DNA of 64,000 nucleotides from Verrucomicrobiaceae bacterium (GTDB lineage Bacteria; Verrucomicrobiota; Verrucomicrobiia; Verrucomicrobiales; V1-33): NCBI GenBank assembly GCA_027486335.1, contig JAIXPK010000220.1, positions 5,620 to 69,619 of the forward strand, read 5' to 3'. Shown piece by piece: positions 60,991 to 64,000 of this stretch (position 1 is its first letter; each line of letters starts with the position of its first letter). The notes under the pieces were generated by a model. It saw only the letters and a program-made list of their open reading frames with translations, ran no database searches and was not told where the DNA came from. The position numbers and the translations under genes were made by a program.

Positions 60991-61932
60991 TTAGAATTCT
61001 TCCATGCCGAAGTCGTCGCCGAGGTCTTCTTCGAAGTCCGGGCCTGGGGTGGCGAGTTCGGTTTTGGCTCCTTTTTTGCCTTTGGCTCCCTTGAGTGGTT
61101 TCGGGCCTGGGTCTTCCTTTTTCTGGAGGGCGCGGCGGAGTTTTTTGAGGGCGATGTTCTGGAGCTGGCGGATCCGTTCGCGGGTGACGCCGAATTCCTG
61201 ACCGACCTCTTCGAGCGTTTTGGGCTTATGGCCGTTGAGGCCGAAGCGGGCGTCGATGATTTTCCTTTCGCGTTCGTCGAGCACGTCGAGCAGCCCGTCG
61301 AGCTGGTCGTGCATGTTGCGGTGGCTGAGGATTTCGTGAGGCGTCTGGGCGCGGTCGTCGCCGATGATTTCGCCGAATTCGGTGGAATCGTCGTCGGAGA
61401 TGGGGGCATCGAGGGAGGCAGGGCGGAGACTGGCGGCCTTGAGTTGGGCGAGCTTGGCGCGATCGATGCCGATTTCTTCAGAGAGCTCGTCATCGGTTGG
61501 TTCGCGGCCGAGGTCTTCGGACATCGACATGGCGACCCGGCGCATCTTCGAGATTTTGTCCACCATGTGGACTGGGAGCCGGATGGTCTTGGACTGATTG
61601 GCGAGGGCGCGTTTGATGCTTTGTTTGATCCACCATGCGGCGTAGGTGGAGAGCTTTCCGCCTTTGTTCGGGTCGAATCGTTCGACGGCCTTCATCAGGC
61701 CGATATTGCCTTCGGAGATGAGGTCGAGGAGAGGGAGGCCGTAGTTGGCGTAGTCCTGGGCGATTTTGACGACGAGGCGGAGGTTGGCCTTGATCATGTG
61801 ATCGCGGGCGCGCTTGCTGCCTTTTTTGATTTTGGCGGCGAGTTCTACCTCTTGTTCCGGGGTGAGGAGCGCGGTCTTGCCGATTTCGCGCAGGTAGATT
61901 TTGATGCCACCATCCAGTTCGACATTGGCCAT
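60991..61932 (-). CDS. Sigma-70 family RNA polymerase sigma factor (RpoD-like regions 1.2-4.2, no region 1.1, charged C-terminal tail)
   Basis: IKIYLREIGKTALLTPEQEVELAAKI; NLRLVVKIAQDY; YAAWWIKQSIKRAL; TLEEVGQEFGVTRERIRQLQNIALKKLR. A 45-aa tail follows, ending DFEEDLGDDFGMEEF. Confidence 0.9.
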   Translation of the reverse strand: MANVELDGGIKIYLREIGKTALLTPEQEVELAAKIKKGSKRARDHMIKANLRLVVKIAQDYANYGLPLLDLISEGNIGLMKAVERFDPNKGGKLSTYAAWWIKQSIKRALANQSKTIRLPVHMVDKISKMRRVAMSMSEDLGREPTDDELSEEIGIDRAKLAQLKAASLRPASLDAPISDDDSTEFGEIIGDDRAQTPHEILSHRNMHDQLDGLLDVLDERERKIIDARFGLNGHKPKTLEEVGQEFGVTRERIRQLQNIALKKLRRALQKKEDPGPKPLKGAKGKKGAKTELATPGPDFEEDLGDDFGMEEF

Positions 61933-62179
61933 GAGATTAGGTCAGGAGAGAGAATTGATTGAAAGATGCGGAAATGACGGGACGGCCGAGACGCACGCCT
62001 TTTTGGGGCGGGAGTCATGGCTGAGATCAGGAACGGTACGCGCCGCTGAGGGTCCAATCATCGCAATAATTGCAGGGGTTCTTCGAATTCCCGAGGGCTG
62101 AGGCGGCGCTTTGTTGTTGAATACCGTTGGTGGCGGTCCGTCAATGCCGAAAGCGAGGAAACGAAAGAAAGACTGACAA

Positions 62180-62749
62180 TCAGGGGAGGTGCTGAGCGGA
62201 GGGGAGCGGGCCGCGGACGATATCGACTCTGGTGCCGCGTGGGACGGCGTCGTAGAGTGCGATGACATCGCGGCTGGACATGCGGACGCAGCCGTAGCTG
62301 GCGGGGCGGCCGAGTTTGTATTCTTCCGGGGTGCCGTGGATGTAGATGAAGCGGCGGAACGTGTTGCGGTTCTGGGGTTCGGTGCCGCGGAGCCAGAGGA
62401 TGCGGGTGACGATGGGGTCGCGCCCGGGGGAGTTGGGTCGGACGATTTCGCCGGTGGGGCGGCGGCTTTTGAATTTCATGCCTGAGGGTTGGCCGCCACC
62501 GACCTTGTGTGCGATGACGAGACGACCGAGGGGCGTGAAATTGGAGCGCGGGCGGTCGCCGATGCCGAATTTGGAAGTGGAGACCCGGTAGCGGGCTTTG
62601 AGTTGGTCGTCTTTGTAGAGCCCGAGGCGTTGCTGGGAGACGCTGACGACGACGCGGGTATTGGAGTGGGAGCAGGCGGAGGCGAGGAGCGTGAGGGCGG
62701 CGAGGCCTGCGGAGGCGAGGGCGCGGAGACAGCGGTGGAAGGGCGGCAT
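62180..62749 (-). CDS. L,D-transpeptidase (YkuD domain) lipoprotein
   Basis: Start trimmed to MPPFHRCLRALASAGLAALTLLASAC. Catalytic motif YIHGTPEEYKLGRPASYGCVRM. Confidence 0.85.
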   Translation of the reverse strand: MPPFHRCLRALASAGLAALTLLASACSHSNTRVVVSVSQQRLGLYKDDQLKARYRVSTSKFGIGDRPRSNFTPLGRLVIAHKVGGGQPSGMKFKSRRPTGEIVRPNSPGRDPIVTRILWLRGTEPQNRNTFRRFIYIHGTPEEYKLGRPASYGCVRMSSRDVIALYDAVPRGTRVDIVRGPLPSAQHLP

Positions 62750-62804
62750 GGCGAGGACGAGCTGGGTGTCGTCATGGCATGCGGGCGGTTGGCGGGCAAG
62801 AGGG

Positions 62805-63569
62805 TTAAGGAGGCGAGGCGGGAGAAGACGGTTGAGGCGATGGTTGAGGGGAGGGCATGAGATTGGCGAAGACACCGGAGGCGGCCTTGAGGGAGATGTG
62901 TTGATTTTTGGCGTAGGCGGCGGCGGCGGCGGAGCGGATGGAGGCGGTGGAAGCGCCGGAGTGCCATGATTCGATGGCGGCTTGGAGGAGGAAAGCGCCT
63001 GGGTACATGAGTTGGGAGGTCATGAGGATTGGGCGGCAGCCGTTGGCGGTGAGGCGTGGGGAGAAGTATTTGTCGCTGAGGCAGCAGAGGACGGCGACGT
63101 CGGTTCTGTTGCCTTGGGCGATGGGAGGAGGTGGGAGTTGGAAGTCCATGAGACCGTTGTGGCCGATGAAGGCGACGAGGTCGAATTTGCCGGAGGCGGC
63201 GGCGGCTTCGAAGTCCTTGAGGCACTGCTGGATCTGGGAACCGCGGTAGGCGTCGGCGACGAGATCGAGGTCGGCGGAGGTGTGGTGGAGGGAGAGACGG
63301 CGGAGGATGGTGGGGGAGACGTCTTTGCGGGAGTCGGTGACCTTCCAGAGCTTGCTGCGGGAGAAGAGCGAGCCGAAGCCGTCGGAGCAGCCCCAGTAGA
63401 GATTGGCGTCTGGGGTGTCGCCGTTGCCGATTTTTTCCCCGACGGGGATGATGCCCTGGGATTTGTTATCGCAGAGGGCCACGAAGACGCGGATTTGTTT
63501 CGGGGCGGCGTGGGAGGACAGGGTGGATAGGGCGAGGAGGAAGTGGATGAGGAGGAAGAGGGGTTTCAT
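62805..63569 (-). CDS. Secreted protein, unknown function
   Basis: Start trimmed to MKPLFLLIHFLLALSTLSSHA. 254 aa with a Pro/Ser-rich C-terminus. Confidence 0.6.
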   Translation of the reverse strand: MKPLFLLIHFLLALSTLSSHAAPKQIRVFVALCDNKSQGIIPVGEKIGNGDTPDANLYWGCSDGFGSLFSRSKLWKVTDSRKDVSPTILRRLSLHHTSADLDLVADAYRGSQIQQCLKDFEAAAASGKFDLVAFIGHNGLMDFQLPPPPIAQGNRTDVAVLCCLSDKYFSPRLTANGCRPILMTSQLMYPGAFLLQAAIESWHSGASTASIRSAAAAAYAKNQHISLKAASGVFANLMPSPQPSPQPSSPASPP

Positions 63570-63630
63570 GGGATTGGGCGGCGAGGCTGGCTGGCGGGAG
63601 GGGTGGGAGGGGATACAGCTTTGTGGCGGC

Positions 63631-63761
63631 AGAGACAAGGCCGGGACGGCTTGTTATGGCGGCTTTGGGTTTGACGTCACAGGCAGGATGACAGGGTCAC
63701 TTTGTTTGCGAGGACGTTGAGAGTCACAGGCAGGATGCCCGTGCCACTTTGCTGGTGGCGG
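63631..63761. repeat. REP cluster: one family-A hairpin and two family-B copies
   Basis: caaggccgggacggcttg (63636-63653, one base missing in the 3' arm); gtcacaggcaggatgacagggtcactttg (63676-63705); gtcacaggcaggatgcccgtgccacttt (63723-63750). Confidence 0.8.
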
Positions 63762-63770
63762 AGGGGGGAC

Positions 63771-63803
63771 GCAAAAGAGGCAGCCGCGGGGAGCGGCTGC
63801 CTC
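63771..63803 (-). terminator. Intrinsic terminator of the partial gene at the window end
   Basis: Perfect 11-bp stem gaggcagccgc (63777-63787) / gcggctgcctc (63793-63803) with loop gggga. On the minus strand it is followed by TTTTGC. Confidence 0.7.
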
Positions 63804-63834
63804 TGGGGAGAAGGGACGGTTGAGAGGAGGAAGG

Positions 63835-64000
63835 TTATTTCTTTTCCTCGGCTGGGGCGTCGGCGGCGTCCTTTTTGGGGGCGTCTGCGGGTTTGGCGGT
63901 GCTGTCTGGTTTGTCCGAGTTGTCGGGTTTGAGGAACATGCGGCCTTCCTTGTAATTGATGACGGCGTCGAGTTCGCGGAGGAATTCAGCGCCGAAGAGG
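63835..64000 (-). CDS. 3' end of a gene running off the window; C-terminus resembles retropepsin-like aspartyl protease domains
   Basis: The reverse frame reads LFGAEFLRELDAVINYKEGRMFLKPDNSDKPDSTAKPADAPKKDAADAPAEEKK, with the stop at 63835-63837. The LG..FL....AVI.Y motif recalls the end of clan-AA retropepsin-like domains. It is open to base 64000. Confidence 0.4.
   Translation of the reverse strand, partial: LFGAEFLRELDAVINYKEGRMFLKPDNSDKPDSTAKPADAPKKDAADAPAEEKK

Overview
This is a high-GC bacterial chromosome segment. Its gene content points to the PVC superphylum, most likely Verrucomicrobiota (inference): a PSCyt/DUF1549/DUF1553 + DUF1501 pair, five Cys-type sulfatases, three ECF-sigma and Ser/Thr-kinase modules, a PEP-CTERM tail, and FG-GAP and NHL secreted giants. 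I support about 45 protein genes and one tmRNA (ssrA, tag ANSNELALAA). I saw no tRNA, rRNA, CRISPR array, transposase or integrase. Many long ORFs in the track are GC-driven artefacts or false N-terminal extensions; I trimmed starts to the internal ATG that is followed by a signal peptide. Three patches look more AT-rich than their surroundings by eye (not computed). (i) 1.1-3.2 kb is a decayed defence islet: an AbiEi-like regulator with operator-like repeats, a frameshifted AbiEii-like nucleotidyltransferase and an HsdS N-terminal remnant. (ii) 34.9-37.0 kb is an intact two-gene Septu-like module (PtuA-like ATPase + PtuB-like HNH). (iii) 46.9-60.9 kb is a five-gene secreted cluster built around a 2,740-aa protein. 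The last ~600 aa of that protein carry the motif series I remember from the Tc-toxin A-subunit channel and TcB-binding domains. It sits next to an S74 tail-fibre-like protein, and no TcB/TcC partner is in the window. This cluster is my top candidate for an undescribed system. Intergenic DNA carries hairpin REP-like families, a ~210-bp duplicated module and 45-bp G-rich tandem arrays. Two of those arrays, in direct orientation, bracket an 11.9-kb segment whose ends are an orphan ECF sigma and an orphan kinase.
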